Source: Thermodesulfobacteriota bacterium (GTDB lineage: Bacteria; Desulfobacterota; Desulfobulbia; Desulfobulbales; SURF-16). From it: a stretch of 64,000 bases of DNA. Within the stretch, counting starts at the first letter, position 1; each line of letters opens with the position of its first letter. Positions 18,513 to 29,354 of the stretch are shown here, piece by piece. The stretch spans positions 1 to 64,000 of the forward strand of contig JBFMAY010000001.1 of NCBI GenBank assembly GCA_040755455.1, written 5' to 3'. The notes beneath the pieces were generated by a model that had not been told where the DNA came from, ran no database searches, and worked only from the letters and a program-made list of their open reading frames with translations. The position numbers and the translations under genes are program-made.

Positions 18513-19803
18513 ATCGCAGGGCCGGATTGAAATAGCCGAAGTGCAGCTCCGGGAAACGCTGCCTGAGTTGCTCCAGCCAGTGGCGCATGCCAATGGGTTT
18601 TTCCCTGGCCGGATGCTGCACCACCTCAAAATACCAGTCCGGGTCCATGTTGAGATTGCGCAGCTGGATCAGGTTCGGCCGGTAGAGGTCGACCAGGTCG
18701 CACAGGGCGGCGAACTCGTCCGGGTCATCGGTGAAGCCCGGCAGGATGAAATAGTTGAGGGAGACGAAACGACCGGCCTTTTTCATGGCCAGGATCGATT
18801 CCAGCACATTCTTGAAATCAAAACCCTGGGGCCGGTAATAGAGGGTGTGGCAGCCCTTTCTGGCGCTGTTCATGCTCACCCGGATGGAGTCAAGGCCCGC
18901 GTCTGCCAGGCGGGCGACGGCCTCCGGCAGGCTGGAGTTGCTGTTGAGATTGATGGTGCCCTTGCCGGTCTGTTTACGGATGAGGCGGATGGCCTTGTCG
19001 AGGGTGTCGGCCTGCAGCAGCGGTTCCCCCTCGCAGCCCTGGCCGAAGCTGACCACCGGTCGAGGCGCTGAGGTCAGATGGGGCACGGCGATTTCGGCGA
19101 TCTCGGCCGGCGTGGGGACAAACTTGATGCGATCCTGGGTGGAGGGGCAGCAGCCGGAGGCCTGCAGGGAGATGCAACCCACGCACTGGGCGTTGCAGCC
19201 TGGTGAGGTGGGCAGGGGCGCCTCGTAGCGGCCTAAAAAAAAGTTCTTGGCCGCCGGGCAGCCATAGGTAAGACAGCATTTGCCCAGATGCTGGATAAGC
19301 CTGTTTTTCGGAAAAGCCTTCAGTTTTTTTTCCGTCTGTTGGCGGATGCGGCCGGGATCAAAGCCGGCGCTGTCCTGGCGGATGTCCGCATCGCTGCGGA
19401 AACCGCATACCCAGAAGCGGTCGTCAAGCCAGCCCACCGCGGTATAGGCAAAAAGGGGCAGGGGGTCGATATCAGGGGATCTTTTTTCAAAGGCGGCGGA
19501 GAAAATCGCAGTAAAGGCCGGGGCCATGAAGGCCGCCACGGCCTGGATGCCGCTGCGGGGGTCAAAGGGGTTTGCGTCAAGCAGCACGGGATCGCCGCAA
19601 TCTTTTTCAAAGCCGATGGGGTTTCTGTGCGGCAGGACAAAGAGTTCGCTCCCCTCGGGCAGGGGAATGAGATCAGTCAGTTCGGGTCGCAAAAACCAGG
19701 AGCCGCTGCGCCCGGCCATCTCAAGTTCCGGGAAGTCCTGAATTTCGCCTCGTTCATTGGCGAAAACCAGGCAGGGCAGGCGGTGGGGGTGCTGCGGGCT
19801 CAT
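18511..19803 (-). CDS. Radical SAM protein, unknown function
   Basis: CNAQCVGC; VSFGQGCEGEPL. Confidence 0.88.
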   Translation of the reverse strand: MSPQHPHRLPCLVFANERGEIQDFPELEMAGRSGSWFLRPELTDLIPLPEGSELFVLPHRNPIGFEKDCGDPVLLDANPFDPRSGIQAVAAFMAPAFTAIFSAAFEKRSPDIDPLPLFAYTAVGWLDDRFWVCGFRSDADIRQDSAGFDPGRIRQQTEKKLKAFPKNRLIQHLGKCCLTYGCPAAKNFFLGRYEAPLPTSPGCNAQCVGCISLQASGCCPSTQDRIKFVPTPAEIAEIAVPHLTSAPRPVVSFGQGCEGEPLLQADTLDKAIRLIRKQTGKGTINLNSNSSLPEAVARLADAGLDSIRVSMNSARKGCHTLYYRPQGFDFKNVLESILAMKKAGRFVSLNYFILPGFTDDPDEFAALCDLVDLYRPNLIQLRNLNMDPDWYFEVVQHPAREKPIGMRHWLEQLRQRFPELHFGYFNPALR

Positions 19804-19818
19804 GATGGGACAAAGGTT

Positions 19819-20250
19819 TTACAGGTCAGTGGGGCGTATCTTGTCCAGTATTGAATCAACCGCTTTGTAAACATCGATGTCGTCGCCGAACACATCGTCG
19901 ATCTTGGGATGATTGACCAGATCCTCGATGATGTACTGAGTGAGGTACAGACTCATGAAGTTCGGGTTGGCGGCCAGTTGCCTGAGCGGGGCAATCTTGA
20001 ACTGGATATCGAATTCTTCCATCTCTGGCAGATTGCGCAGCAGGTTGGCGAAGATTTCCCTGATCGCGCTCTCCGATGATGTCTCGATGATATGCTGGTC
20101 CAGCAGGCGCTGCACAAGTTTGAGCGCCAGTTCATCGGCAAATTTGTATGCCGCGGAGAGCATGATTTTGCGTTCCTGCTCTCTTTTCCGGTCAATGGCT
20201 CTGACGGCCTTGTCACCGGACCCGTAAGGGTTGTTTGCGTGATGTCCCAT
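19819..20250 (-). CDS. Hypothetical protein
   Basis: RBS AGGAGA before ATG 20250; co-oriented 15 bp upstream of the radical SAM gene. Confidence 0.7.
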   Translation of the reverse strand: MGHHANNPYGSGDKAVRAIDRKREQERKIMLSAAYKFADELALKLVQRLLDQHIIETSSESAIREIFANLLRNLPEMEEFDIQFKIAPLRQLAANPNFMSLYLTQYIIEDLVNHPKIDDVFGDDIDVYKAVDSILDKIRPTDL

Positions 20251-20410
20251 TTTGTCTCTCCTGTAAATTTTGTTTGCACCATTATTTAACCGGTGATGAC
20301 TGAAAGGGCTATAAAATTCTTTTTGAAACAACGGAAAAATTCGGCTATAAATTCACTTTTGGCATTAAGGTAAAAATAATGATCATCAAGAACAACTGAG
20401 AGAAAGGATA

Positions 20411-21013
20411 ATGAATATTACGGTAATGCTGCCGGCAGGGCGTCTGCCCCTGGATGTCATGGCCAAGGCGCATGAAGTGGCGGAACTCTACAGGCTTGGC
20501 GTGTATCTTTCAACTCTGCAGAATTTGCGGTTGACCAATGTGGCCGAAGAGGACGCCGAGGCGATCAAGGCGGCGCTGGCGCCCCTGGGTGTGCAGTTCA
20601 AGGGGCCGGGGAAATTTCCCGTGCCGCGGGTCTGTGTCGGCACGCCCCATTGCAACCTGGGCATTATTGATACGGAAAGACTGTCAGCGGTAATCCTGGA
20701 TCATTTCAAGAACAGGGCCTTTACCAAGCCGAAGTTGAAGATCGCGGTGTCCGCCTGCCCGCTGGCCTGTTCAGGGGTGTTGACCAGCGATATCGGGGTG
20801 ATGGCGACCCGGGCCGGCTTTGAGGTGTTTGCCGGCGGCAAGGGCGGACCGTACCCCAAGGCCGGCCGCCGCATTGTGCGCAGGGCGACCGAGGCGGAGG
20901 TGCTAGAGGTGATTGACAGGCTGATCAATTTCCATGATGCGCACACCACCCAGAAGCAGCGGATGTACAAGCTGCTGGATCACCCTGATTTTCCCTTTCC
21001 CCAGGCGGTTTAG
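20411..21013 (+). CDS. Nitrite/sulfite reductase ferredoxin-like and 4Fe-4S domain protein
   Basis: LPAGRL...STLQNLRL; CVGTPHC; KLKIAVSACPLAC; DIGV...GGKGG. Confidence 0.85.
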   Translation: MNITVMLPAGRLPLDVMAKAHEVAELYRLGVYLSTLQNLRLTNVAEEDAEAIKAALAPLGVQFKGPGKFPVPRVCVGTPHCNLGIIDTERLSAVILDHFKNRAFTKPKLKIAVSACPLACSGVLTSDIGVMATRAGFEVFAGGKGGPYPKAGRRIVRRATEAEVLEVIDRLINFHDAHTTQKQRMYKLLDHPDFPFPQAV

Positions 21014-21103
21014 CGTTTGCGGTGTGGAAGGCATGGGCTTTTCGCCTGATGGGTTGCCAAGGCCGGTGAGCCAAGAGCGCCCCATCGGCTGCGGCGACGG
21101 CTG

Positions 21104-21796
21104 TTATTTGAGGCCCAGCGAGTCGAGCACGGAGCATCCCCTGGGCTGGCCGCTGGTCTGAAACTCCAATGCCTTGCTCGGGCAGTTGACCACGCAGTTG
21201 CCGCAGCGCATGCAGTCGCCGCTGTTGACAAATCCCTGGGATTTGAAAGAGCCGGGATTGGTCTCGATCGGGCAGCTTTTCCGGCAGATGCCGCACTCTT
21301 TGCATGACGGGGCAACCTGCAGCAGATAATTGCACGGCGCAACCACTCCCTGGAATGTCGCCATCGGGCAGATGGCGCACCATGATCTGGGCTTCCAGAT
21401 GAGGCCGATAAGGATGGCCAGCCCGGTGGACAGGGTCCACATCATGACAAAGGCCGCGCCTATTTCCGCCGGATCACCCTGGGCGGCAACGAGGCGCATG
21501 GCCAGCAGACCCATCATCATGGCAAAGAGCAGCCATCTGAACCATTTGGCCTTGAACAGAGGCAGCATTTTCCGCTTGCGGCTGATCAGCGACAACACCC
21601 TTTCATGAAAGGCTCCCATGGCGCATATCCAGCCGCAGTAAAAGCGGCCGCGGAACAGGGTCAGGATGAGCATGACCAGCATCATGGCCAGCGCAACATA
21701 GCCGAGATAGGGCCAGTAATAGCCCCCGACGATGACCAGGGGAACAAGCGGCGCCATGAGCCATTGGGTGATTTTCCGGGATCGGTTTTCTTTCAT
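21104..21796 (-). CDS. Membrane 4Fe-4S binding protein (NapH/RdxA-like)
   Basis: GRFYCGWICAMG, WCAICPMA, CKECGICRKSCP, CMRCGNCVVNCP; TM segments. Confidence 0.85.
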   Translation of the reverse strand: MKENRSRKITQWLMAPLVPLVIVGGYYWPYLGYVALAMMLVMLILTLFRGRFYCGWICAMGAFHERVLSLISRKRKMLPLFKAKWFRWLLFAMMMGLLAMRLVAAQGDPAEIGAAFVMMWTLSTGLAILIGLIWKPRSWCAICPMATFQGVVAPCNYLLQVAPSCKECGICRKSCPIETNPGSFKSQGFVNSGDCMRCGNCVVNCPSKALEFQTSGQPRGCSVLDSLGLK

Positions 21797-21926
21797 TGGG
21801 TTACCTGGGAATTGGGTGCACGAGCTATATTTAAGTTTTATATAATTTAATTAATTTCTTAAATATTGCAAGAAAAAAACACCCGGTGAGGCCAAAATGC
21901 AAGCAGAGCAGTGGAAAAGGCCGGTC

Positions 21927-23513
21927 TCAGCTGTATTCCCTGGTCTTGTGAAAGACAATATCAGGGAACAGCTCCATGGTGCGGGACAGATTCCATTCGC
22001 TGGCCGCAAGGAAGGAGAGATGTCCTTCGCTGTCCATGGCCAGACTGGATTGTTTTTTCTGCATGAAATCATCGAGCTTCTTGCGGTCGCTGCAGCTTAT
22101 CCAGCGGGCGGTGGCGTAATTCACCCCCTCGTAGACCGCATCCACGCCGTATTCCGCCTTGAGGCGGGCCATGGTCACGTCAAACTGCAGCACCCCGACT
22201 GCACCAAGGATATAATCGCTGCCCATCAGCGGCCGGAAAAGCTGCACCGCCCCCTCTTCAGCCAGCTGGGTCAGCCCTTTGCTCAGCTGTTTCATCTTCA
22301 GCGGGTTCTTGAGCAGCACCCGGCGGAAATGTTCCGGGGCAAAGTTGGGGATGCCGGTGAACTTGAGCGGCTCCTTGTCGGTGAAGGTGTCGCCGATCTT
22401 GATGGTGCCGTGATTGTGGATGCCGATGATGTCGCCCGGATAGGCCTCCTCCACATTGCTGCGGTCCTGGGCCATGAAGATGGTGGCGTTGGCCAGTGAC
22501 ACCTCCTTGCCGATGCGGTGGTGGCGCACCTTCATGCCCCGGGTGAATTTGCCCGAGCAGATGCGGAAAAAGGCGATGCGGTCCCGGTGGGCCGGATTCA
22601 TGTTGGCCTGGATTTTAAAGGTGAAGCCGGAAAATGTCTCTTCGTCCGGTGCCACGTCGCGGCTGAGGGTGGCGCGCGCTCCGGGGGCCGGGGCCAGTTC
22701 GACAAAGGCGTCGAGCAGCTCTTTCACGCCGAAATTGTTAATGGCGCTGCCGAAAAAAACCGGACTCTGGCTCGCCTTCAGATATTCTTCATGCTCAAAG
22801 GGATTGGCCGCCCCCTCCAGCAGTTCGATGTCCTCGCGCAGCTTGTCGGCCTGGCGGCCCAGCAGCCGGTCAAGCATGGGATCGGCAATGCCCTTGATAA
22901 CGATGGTGTCCTGGGGACGGGTTTCCTGGCTGGGGGTGAAGAGCTGCAGTTCGCCCCGGTACATGTTGTACACCCCTCTGAAGGTCTTGCCCATGCCGAT
23001 GGGCCAGGACAGGGGGGTGCACTCGATCTGCAGTTTGTCCTCGATTTCCGCCATGATGTCCAGGGGGTCCTTGCCTTCCCGGTCAAGCTTGTTGATAAAG
23101 GTGATGACCGGCGTGTTGCGCATGCGGCATACCTCCATCAGCTTTTCAGTCTGCGACTCCACGCCCTTGGCGTTGTCTATCACCATCAGCGCGCTGTCCA
23201 CCGCGGTCAGCACCCGGTAGGTGTCCTCGGAGAAATCCTGATGGCCGGGGGTGTCCAGTAGGTTGATCTCGTAGTCGCGGTAGTTGAATTTCATCACCGA
23301 CGAGGTAACGGAAATACCGCGTTCCTGTTCAATGGCCATCCAGTCGCTTACCGCGTGATTGGCGGTTTTGCGTGATTTCACCGCGCCGGCCATCTGGATG
23401 GCGCCGCCGAACAGCAGCAGCTTTTCGGTCAGGGTGGTCTTGCCGGCATCAGGATGGCTGATGATGCCGAAGGTGCGGCGGCGTTCGATCTCTTTCTGAA
23501 GTTTACTGCTCAA
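21927..23513 (-). CDS. prfC: Peptide chain release factor 3
   Basis: [44 protein letters not shown]. Confidence 0.97.
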   Translation of the reverse strand: MSSKLQKEIERRRTFGIISHPDAGKTTLTEKLLLFGGAIQMAGAVKSRKTANHAVSDWMAIEQERGISVTSSVMKFNYRDYEINLLDTPGHQDFSEDTYRVLTAVDSALMVIDNAKGVESQTEKLMEVCRMRNTPVITFINKLDREGKDPLDIMAEIEDKLQIECTPLSWPIGMGKTFRGVYNMYRGELQLFTPSQETRPQDTIVIKGIADPMLDRLLGRQADKLREDIELLEGAANPFEHEEYLKASQSPVFFGSAINNFGVKELLDAFVELAPAPGARATLSRDVAPDEETFSGFTFKIQANMNPAHRDRIAFFRICSGKFTRGMKVRHHRIGKEVSLANATIFMAQDRSNVEEAYPGDIIGIHNHGTIKIGDTFTDKEPLKFTGIPNFAPEHFRRVLLKNPLKMKQLSKGLTQLAEEGAVQLFRPLMGSDYILGAVGVLQFDVTMARLKAEYGVDAVYEGVNYATARWISCSDRKKLDDFMQKKQSSLAMDSEGHLSFLAASEWNLSRTMELFPDIVFHKTREYS

Positions 23514-24002
23514 CTTGACAACCTATAATCTGCAATGTAATGAAGCGTATTTCCGGAAGAATGCGAGAAAGGCCCCCGGGATTACACCAGGTCTTCTCCA
23601 TTCCGGGAAAACGAAAAAAATCCCGTAAAAAAGGTATCTGTAGTCAAGCACCGTGATAACTCGGCAAGAGAACCACAAGGCGAGGCGACAGCTGTTTTTC
23701 GCGGGGCCAATAAAAAAACGGGCCGGTAATCCGGCCCGCATGAAATCATATATAACCGATAAATCGTGCTTTGTCCAGTGCAGGCAGCGGTGGGATAATA
23801 TTTTTTCTGTGCCGCATGTCCGCCAGCTCAGCATGGCCCGCAGCAAAAAACAGGCTTGAAATTTCCTGCGCTTACCGGTAGAGGTTGTCCAATCACCCAG
23901 GCTGCCCGATGAGGTGGGCGGGTTGATTGGCTGATGCGTTTTTTGTTCGGGTCATGCTGCTATCTCTTCAGCAAAAACAATTATCAACGGAGTAAGGATC
24001 TT

Positions 24003-24320
24003 ATGATGTCTGAATTCAACAATGTCAGCATAGTCAAGAAGGCAAATGTCTATTTCGGCGGCAACGTCACCAGCCGCACCGTCATTTTCCCGGACGGCGC
24101 CAAGAAGACCCTGGGGGTCATGCTGCCCGGAGAATACGAATTCAACACGGCCGACCGGGAGATCATGGAGATACTCGCCGGCGAGCTGGAGGTTCTGCTG
24201 CCCGGCGTGGCCCGCTGGAAAAAGGTGAAGGGCGGAGAGTCTTTTGACGTGCCGGCCAACTCCAAATTCAGCCTGAAAGTCACGGTGCTGGCGGACTACT
24301 GCTGTTCCTTTATTAAATAA
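24003..24320 (+). CDS. ppnP: Pyrimidine/purine nucleoside phosphorylase
   Basis: [41 protein letters not shown]. Confidence 0.9.
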   Translation: MMSEFNNVSIVKKANVYFGGNVTSRTVIFPDGAKKTLGVMLPGEYEFNTADREIMEILAGELEVLLPGVARWKKVKGGESFDVPANSKFSLKVTVLADYCCSFIK

Positions 24321-24369
24321 GGGCGGATATTATTGCTGTCCCCGCCAAGCCGTTTGTCCCCGCACAAGA

Positions 24370-24687
24370 TCAGATGGGCGGGGCAATGGTGACGAGAATC
24401 CGCATGTCGCTAATAGCCCGGGCGCCGTGGGGCTCGCTGATGTCGGAAATAAGGATGTCGCCTGGTTTGGCGGGCATGGCCGTGTCGCCCTGGCCGAGAA
24501 ACTCGCCGGTGCCCGCCAGCACCAGGATGGAGAGCTGCCCTTCTATTTTGTGGGAGTGGACGGGGAAGGTCTGGCCTGCCTTGATGTTGAAGTTGATGAT
24601 TTTGAAATAGGCGGAATCATGCACCAGAAATTTTTTGATGCCTGTTTCCTCAAATAAATCTGTCTGGTCTAATCCGATTTTTTTCAT
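24370..24687 (-). CDS. Cupin domain protein
   Basis: GQTFPVHSH...PGD...EPHG. Confidence 0.85.
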   Translation of the reverse strand: MKKIGLDQTDLFEETGIKKFLVHDSAYFKIINFNIKAGQTFPVHSHKIEGQLSILVLAGTGEFLGQGDTAMPAKPGDILISDISEPHGARAISDMRILVTIAPPI

Positions 24688-24804
24688 TTTCTGCCTCCTG
24701 CCGCGTCTGGCGTGGTGTAACTTATGGAACTAATTTGCAGTTTTTGGCTCCCTGATTTGAGTTGTTGCCTGCTTCCACTATAGCTGATCATGCAGAGGAT
24801 ATCC

Positions 24805-24818
24805 TTGACTTGGGTCAA
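24805..24818 (-). promoter_or_regulatory. CRP/FNR-family (FNR/HcpR-like) binding site
   Basis: TTGAC-TTGG-GTCAA centred at -41.5 relative to a minus-strand TATAGT -10 (24777-82) upstream of the cupin gene. Confidence 0.65.
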
Positions 24819-25024
24819 GTTTTCGGGAAAAGATCATGAACGACAGGGACTGTGTTGATTTCCTGCAATGCTCCCTGGCGCCCCGGGTAAAAGTCCTTAG
24901 TCATGCGCTCTCTGCCGGGTGAAATGTGACCGGCATAAGGGGCTGTAACGAAACGGTCAGCAATGTTGTGGTTATTTTATAACAAGCACTGAACTCTCAA
25001 CTTTAAAGCAAACGCAGAACTTAT

Positions 25025-25765
25025 ATGTATATGAACTGGATATCCGACCCGCAGGCCTGGATTGCCCTTGCCACTCTGACGGCCCTGGAAATTGTCCTTG
25101 GCATAGACAATATTATTTTCATCTCCATTCTTTCCGGCCGGTTGCCCGAGGAGCAGCGTAACCGGGGGAGAACCCTGGGGCTCATGCTGGCCATGCTCAC
25201 CCGCATCGGGCTCCTGCTGTCCCTCACCTGGGTCATGAGCCTGACCGAACCCCTGTTCAGCGTGCTGGCAAAGACCATATCAGGCCGGGATATCATTCTG
25301 CTCGGCGGCGGACTTTTCCTGCTCGCCAAAAGCACCCATGAAATCCACAACAATCTGGAGGGGGTGGAGGAGAAAGAGCGCAAGAGCCGGGCCGCCGGCT
25401 TTGCCGGGGTGCTTATCCAGATTGCCATCATTGACATTGTTTTTTCCCTGGACTCGGTCATCACCGCCGTGGGACTGGCCCAGCATCTGTCCATCATGGT
25501 CCTGGCCATCGTCATCTCCGTGGGGGTGATGATGTTTGCCGCCGGGGCCATCGGCGATTTTGTGGAAAATCATCCGACCATCAAGATGCTGGCCCTGAGC
25601 TTCCTCCTCCTGGTGGGATTCACCCTCATGGGCGAGGGTTTCGGCCTGCACATCCCCAAAGGCTACATCTACTTTGCCATGGCCTTTTCCGTCAGCGTGG
25701 AGATGCTCAACATCAAAATGCGGGCCAGGTCTGCCCAGCCGGTCAAGCTGCACCGCAGCACATGA
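25025..25765 (+). CDS. TerC family membrane protein
   Basis: LEIVLGIDNIIFI, DIVFSLDSVITAVG, HPTIKMLAL, IPKGYIYFAM. Confidence 0.93.
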   Translation: MYMNWISDPQAWIALATLTALEIVLGIDNIIFISILSGRLPEEQRNRGRTLGLMLAMLTRIGLLLSLTWVMSLTEPLFSVLAKTISGRDIILLGGGLFLLAKSTHEIHNNLEGVEEKERKSRAAGFAGVLIQIAIIDIVFSLDSVITAVGLAQHLSIMVLAIVISVGVMMFAAGAIGDFVENHPTIKMLALSFLLLVGFTLMGEGFGLHIPKGYIYFAMAFSVSVEMLNIKMRARSAQPVKLHRST

Positions 25766-26583
25766 AAAGTTTCATGCGGCTTCTCTCGCTGATTCTGCTG
25801 GCCGCCCTGCTGGCCGTCACTCCGGGCGGGGCCGGTGGCAGCAAAAAAATCCCCCTGTCTGACGCCGAGCCTGACGAGCAACTGCTGCGTTCCGCTTACG
25901 GGGGAGGGGAGTCCCTGCTGTATTCGGTGACCTGGATGGGGGTCAAGGCCGGCGAGCTTTTCATGCAGGTCATCAGGCAGGGGGGTAATGACAATGATTT
26001 TCTCATCAAGGTGACGGCAAAGTCGGCCGGGCTGCTGGCGGTTCTCTATCCGGTGGAGGATTACTTCACCACAATTGTCAGCGGTAGTTCGCGGCTGCCC
26101 ATGCGCCATGAAATGGTCCAGCGGGAGGGCCGCCGCCGCAACAACAAGGTCACGGTATACGATCAGGCGCACGGCCGCATTACCTACACCAAAAATAACG
26201 ATGCGCCTGAACTCTTTGCGGTGGACGGCCCGGTGCACAATGAGTTCAGCTCCTTTTTCTTTCTGCGGGCCATGTCCTTTGTCGCCGGGGAGAAGACGGT
26301 GGTGCCCACCTTTGCCGACAAAAAACGCCACAGGGTCGAGGTAAGCCTGGAGGGCCGGGAGGCGCTGGAGACGATTCTGGGTGAGAGAAACACCCTGGAG
26401 GTCAAACCCCATCTGACCTTCAAGGGTTTGTACCAGAAGGTCGCCGACCCCCTTATCTGGCTGACCGATGATCCCAGCCGCATCCCGGTGAAAATCAAGG
26501 CGAAAATAGTCATCGGCTCGCTTACGGCCAACCTCATTGCATACCAGGGGCCATCCGGCAGTTTCAAGGCCCCGGACAGGTAA
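25762..26583 (+). CDS. DUF3108-like exported protein
   Basis: Signal peptide; GESLLYSVTWMGVKAG; IWLTDDPSRIPVKI. Confidence 0.75.
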   Translation: MKSFMRLLSLILLAALLAVTPGGAGGSKKIPLSDAEPDEQLLRSAYGGGESLLYSVTWMGVKAGELFMQVIRQGGNDNDFLIKVTAKSAGLLAVLYPVEDYFTTIVSGSSRLPMRHEMVQREGRRRNNKVTVYDQAHGRITYTKNNDAPELFAVDGPVHNEFSSFFFLRAMSFVAGEKTVVPTFADKKRHRVEVSLEGREALETILGERNTLEVKPHLTFKGLYQKVADPLIWLTDDPSRIPVKIKAKIVIGSLTANLIAYQGPSGSFKAPDR

Positions 26584-26718
26584 CTGCGCTGTCCCTCTGT
26601 CCGGGCACGTAAAAAAAATATCAGGCAACCCGTATTTTTTCTCCGACTTTCAGACGGTTGGGTTTATAATTGGTGCCGCAAGCACGTAACTTACCATTGT
26701 CCTTGAAAGGTGATCATC

Positions 26719-27333
26719 ATGGGGAAAATAATCAAAGTTGATTTTCCGCAGAAAAATAAAAAAACAAAGAAAATACTACCCGATGTCTATCAACTGAAGA
26801 TCATCCTGCTGGGCACTGATCCCGTTGTCTGGCGCCGGGTGCAGGTTCCCGGCACCTTTTCCCTTGCCAAGCTCCATGATGTCCTCCAGCTCTCCATGGG
26901 CTGGACCGATTCCCACATGCATCAATTCATCATCGGCAAGGATTATTACGGCCATCCAGCCGAGGAGGACGACTGGGGGGACAGAAAGGTGTTTGATGAA
27001 CGTAAAACGAAATTGTCGGATCTGAAAGCAAAGATTAAGAAAAATTTCATCTATGAATATGATTTCGGCGATTCATGGCAGCATGAGATCAAGGTGGAAA
27101 AGGTGATTGCCGCAACGGAAACCATCCTCAAGCATCCGATCCTGCTGGCCGGCGAGCGGGCCTGTCCGCCGGAGGATGTGGGCGGGATTCCGGGTTATGA
27201 GGAGTTTCTTGCCGCCCTGAAGAATCCTGAAGATGAGGCCAATGCCGAACTCATTGAATGGTACGGCGAGAAGTATGATCCTGATCATATTGCCATGGAG
27301 GCGATTAACAAGTTGCTGAAAAAGCTGCGCTGA
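26719..27333 (+). CDS. Plasmid pRiA4b ORF-3 family protein
   Basis: YQLKI...VWRRVQVP, MGWTDSHMHQF, YEYDFGDSWQH, ACPPEDVGG. Confidence 0.9.
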   Translation: MGKIIKVDFPQKNKKTKKILPDVYQLKIILLGTDPVVWRRVQVPGTFSLAKLHDVLQLSMGWTDSHMHQFIIGKDYYGHPAEEDDWGDRKVFDERKTKLSDLKAKIKKNFIYEYDFGDSWQHEIKVEKVIAATETILKHPILLAGERACPPEDVGGIPGYEEFLAALKNPEDEANAELIEWYGEKYDPDHIAMEAINKLLKKLR

Positions 27334-27415
27334 TTTCCCGCAGGGCCGACAAGGCAAACAGGAGGCAAGCCCGCTAACGCGGGAAACGCTTCTCCACATG
27401 ATCGGTACCATCGGT

Positions 27416-28573
27416 TTAGCCCCTGAATTTTCTGATTGCTGCGGTGACCACGGTGATCGCCCTGTCAATCTGTGTCGGGGTGGTCATGCGGCCGACGCTG
27501 AAGCGCAACGTGCCCATGGCCCATTCCCGGTCAATGCCCATGGCCTGCAGTACATGGGAGATCGCAACCTGGTCGGAGTGGCAGGCCGCCCCCGGCGAGG
27601 CGGCGATTTCCAGACCGATTTCTTCCAGGATGCGGTTGGCCGCAAGGCCCCGGAAGGCCAGGCTCAAGGTGTTGGGCAGTCTCATTTCCGGGTGGCCGTT
27701 CAACGCGACGGCATCACCTAAAGAGTCCATCAACCCCTGGTGCAGCCGGTCGCGCAGGCCACGCATGCGGCTGATATGGCCGTTAAAATCCTTGCCGGCA
27801 ATCTCGCAGGCCTTGCCAAGTCCCACAATCTCCAGCACATTTTCCGTGCCGGCCCGCCATCCTCGTTCCTGACCCGCGCCGTGGCAGAATTTCCCCGGCT
27901 GCACCCCTTTGCGGATGTACAGCGCGCCGACCCCCTTGGGGGCATAGAGCTTGTGTCCGGCAACGGACAGCAGATCAACGCCCAGGGCCCGCACGTCCAC
28001 CCCTACCTTACCCACCGACTGGGCGGCATCGCTGTGCATGGTGATGCCGTGCTGTCGAGCGATGCTGCTGATCTCCTCGATGGGCTGCAGGGTGCCCACC
28101 TCGTTGTTGCTGTGCATGATGGTGATCAGCACGGTTCCGGGCCGGATGGCCTTTTCCACATCAATCGGATCAACCAACCCCTGGCGGTCCACAGGCAGAT
28201 AGGTGGTTTCGACTCCGTCCGCCGCCAGGGCCCGGCACACTTCAAGCACGGCCGGATGCTCGATGTGGCTGGTGATAATGTGGTTGCCCCTGTCCCGCTT
28301 GGCCCGGGCAATACCCCTGATGGCGTGGTTGTTTGCCTCGGTGCCGCCGCTGGTAAAGACAATCTCTTCCTCCTCGCAGTTCAGCAGGCTGGCCATCTGC
28401 CGGCGGGAGTTCTCCACCGCCTGTTTCGGGGCGATGCCGTACCAGTGCGAACTGGAAGGATTGCCGAATTCCTGCTCAAGAAACGGCCGCATGGCCTCAA
28501 TCACTTCAGGGGCATGGGGGGTGGTGCCGTTGTAGTCCAGATAGATAGGATGCACCATTTTTTCTGTCCTCAT
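27416..28573 (-). CDS. Cysteine desulfurase (IscS/NifS group)
   Basis: IYLDYNGTTP, FGNPSS, HSDAAQ, GHKLY, RAGTEN, GAACHS. Confidence 0.93.
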   Translation of the reverse strand: MRTEKMVHPIYLDYNGTTPHAPEVIEAMRPFLEQEFGNPSSSHWYGIAPKQAVENSRRQMASLLNCEEEEIVFTSGGTEANNHAIRGIARAKRDRGNHIITSHIEHPAVLEVCRALAADGVETTYLPVDRQGLVDPIDVEKAIRPGTVLITIMHSNNEVGTLQPIEEISSIARQHGITMHSDAAQSVGKVGVDVRALGVDLLSVAGHKLYAPKGVGALYIRKGVQPGKFCHGAGQERGWRAGTENVLEIVGLGKACEIAGKDFNGHISRMRGLRDRLHQGLMDSLGDAVALNGHPEMRLPNTLSLAFRGLAANRILEEIGLEIAASPGAACHSDQVAISHVLQAMGIDREWAMGTLRFSVGRMTTPTQIDRAITVVTAAIRKFRG

Positions 28574-28738
28574 GGAAATGTCGCTTTACATCGCCATATT
28601 ACGGATGATATTATTAGTAATAATTATTTTTTTGGTTATTTTATTAGTCAGGAACAATCCTCAATCAAGCAGCCCTATTATATCACGCCACTACCGACAT
28701 TCAATGCATAATGCAATAAAATCAGGGAGGTAATACCT

Positions 28739-28942
28739 ATGGAAATAAATGGAAACAGCGGCGGAGCAGCCCTTTACGCCATGAAGCAGGCCATGAAGAT
28801 GCCTGAAGCAGTTGTCGATCTGCTGAAGAAATCAGGTGAAGACGACCAGCAACCCCTTGCCGCGCCGAAACCAACTGACCCGAAGGCGGCCGACATTGCC
28901 AAAATGACCGGCAAAGGCGGCAATATCAATGTCGTAGCGTAA
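28739..28942 (+). CDS. Small hypothetical protein (YjfB-like C-terminus)
   Basis: Strong RBS GGGAGGT; MKQAM...GKGGNINVVA. Confidence 0.65.
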   Translation: MEINGNSGGAALYAMKQAMKMPEAVVDLLKKSGEDDQQPLAAPKPTDPKAADIAKMTGKGGNINVVA

Positions 28943-29354
28943 AAAACGCAGCGAAGAATATGGTGGCGCAGTGGCCTCCCGCCCGGGTTCCCTTCCCTGT
29001 TGGCCAGCGGGCCCTTTTCATGTGTGTCCCATGCCGTGCATGAGGCTGCGAATCGGGCCCGGCCACCTGCCAGAATTTGATAAATTTACCAGCAGGTGGT
29101 GAATTTGTTACCCCACAGAAAATTTACCGAATGCGTATTGCGGTTGGCATTCATTATTGCCACTTCTCGATAAAAGTGCTACTCCTCTTTTTTGACAAGA
29201 GAAAATCCGCGTAAAAAATCCACGATTCATGGGATACCTTATTTAATTCTGGCAGAGACCTTAAAACAAGGAAGGCCTCCCCTGAATTCGTTTGAGAGGT
29301 GTTTTCATCTGCACGAGCAGGGATATTGCCCGTTATATTTCTTAGACAATAATC

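Noticed and set aside
26719..27333. pRiA4b ORF-3 gene as evidence of a plasmid or IS
   Set aside because: The family is often chromosomal; no transposase or terminal repeats are nearby.
29145..29161. Sigma54 promoter TGGCATTCATTATTGC
   Set aside because: GG-to-GC spacing is 11 rather than the required 10.
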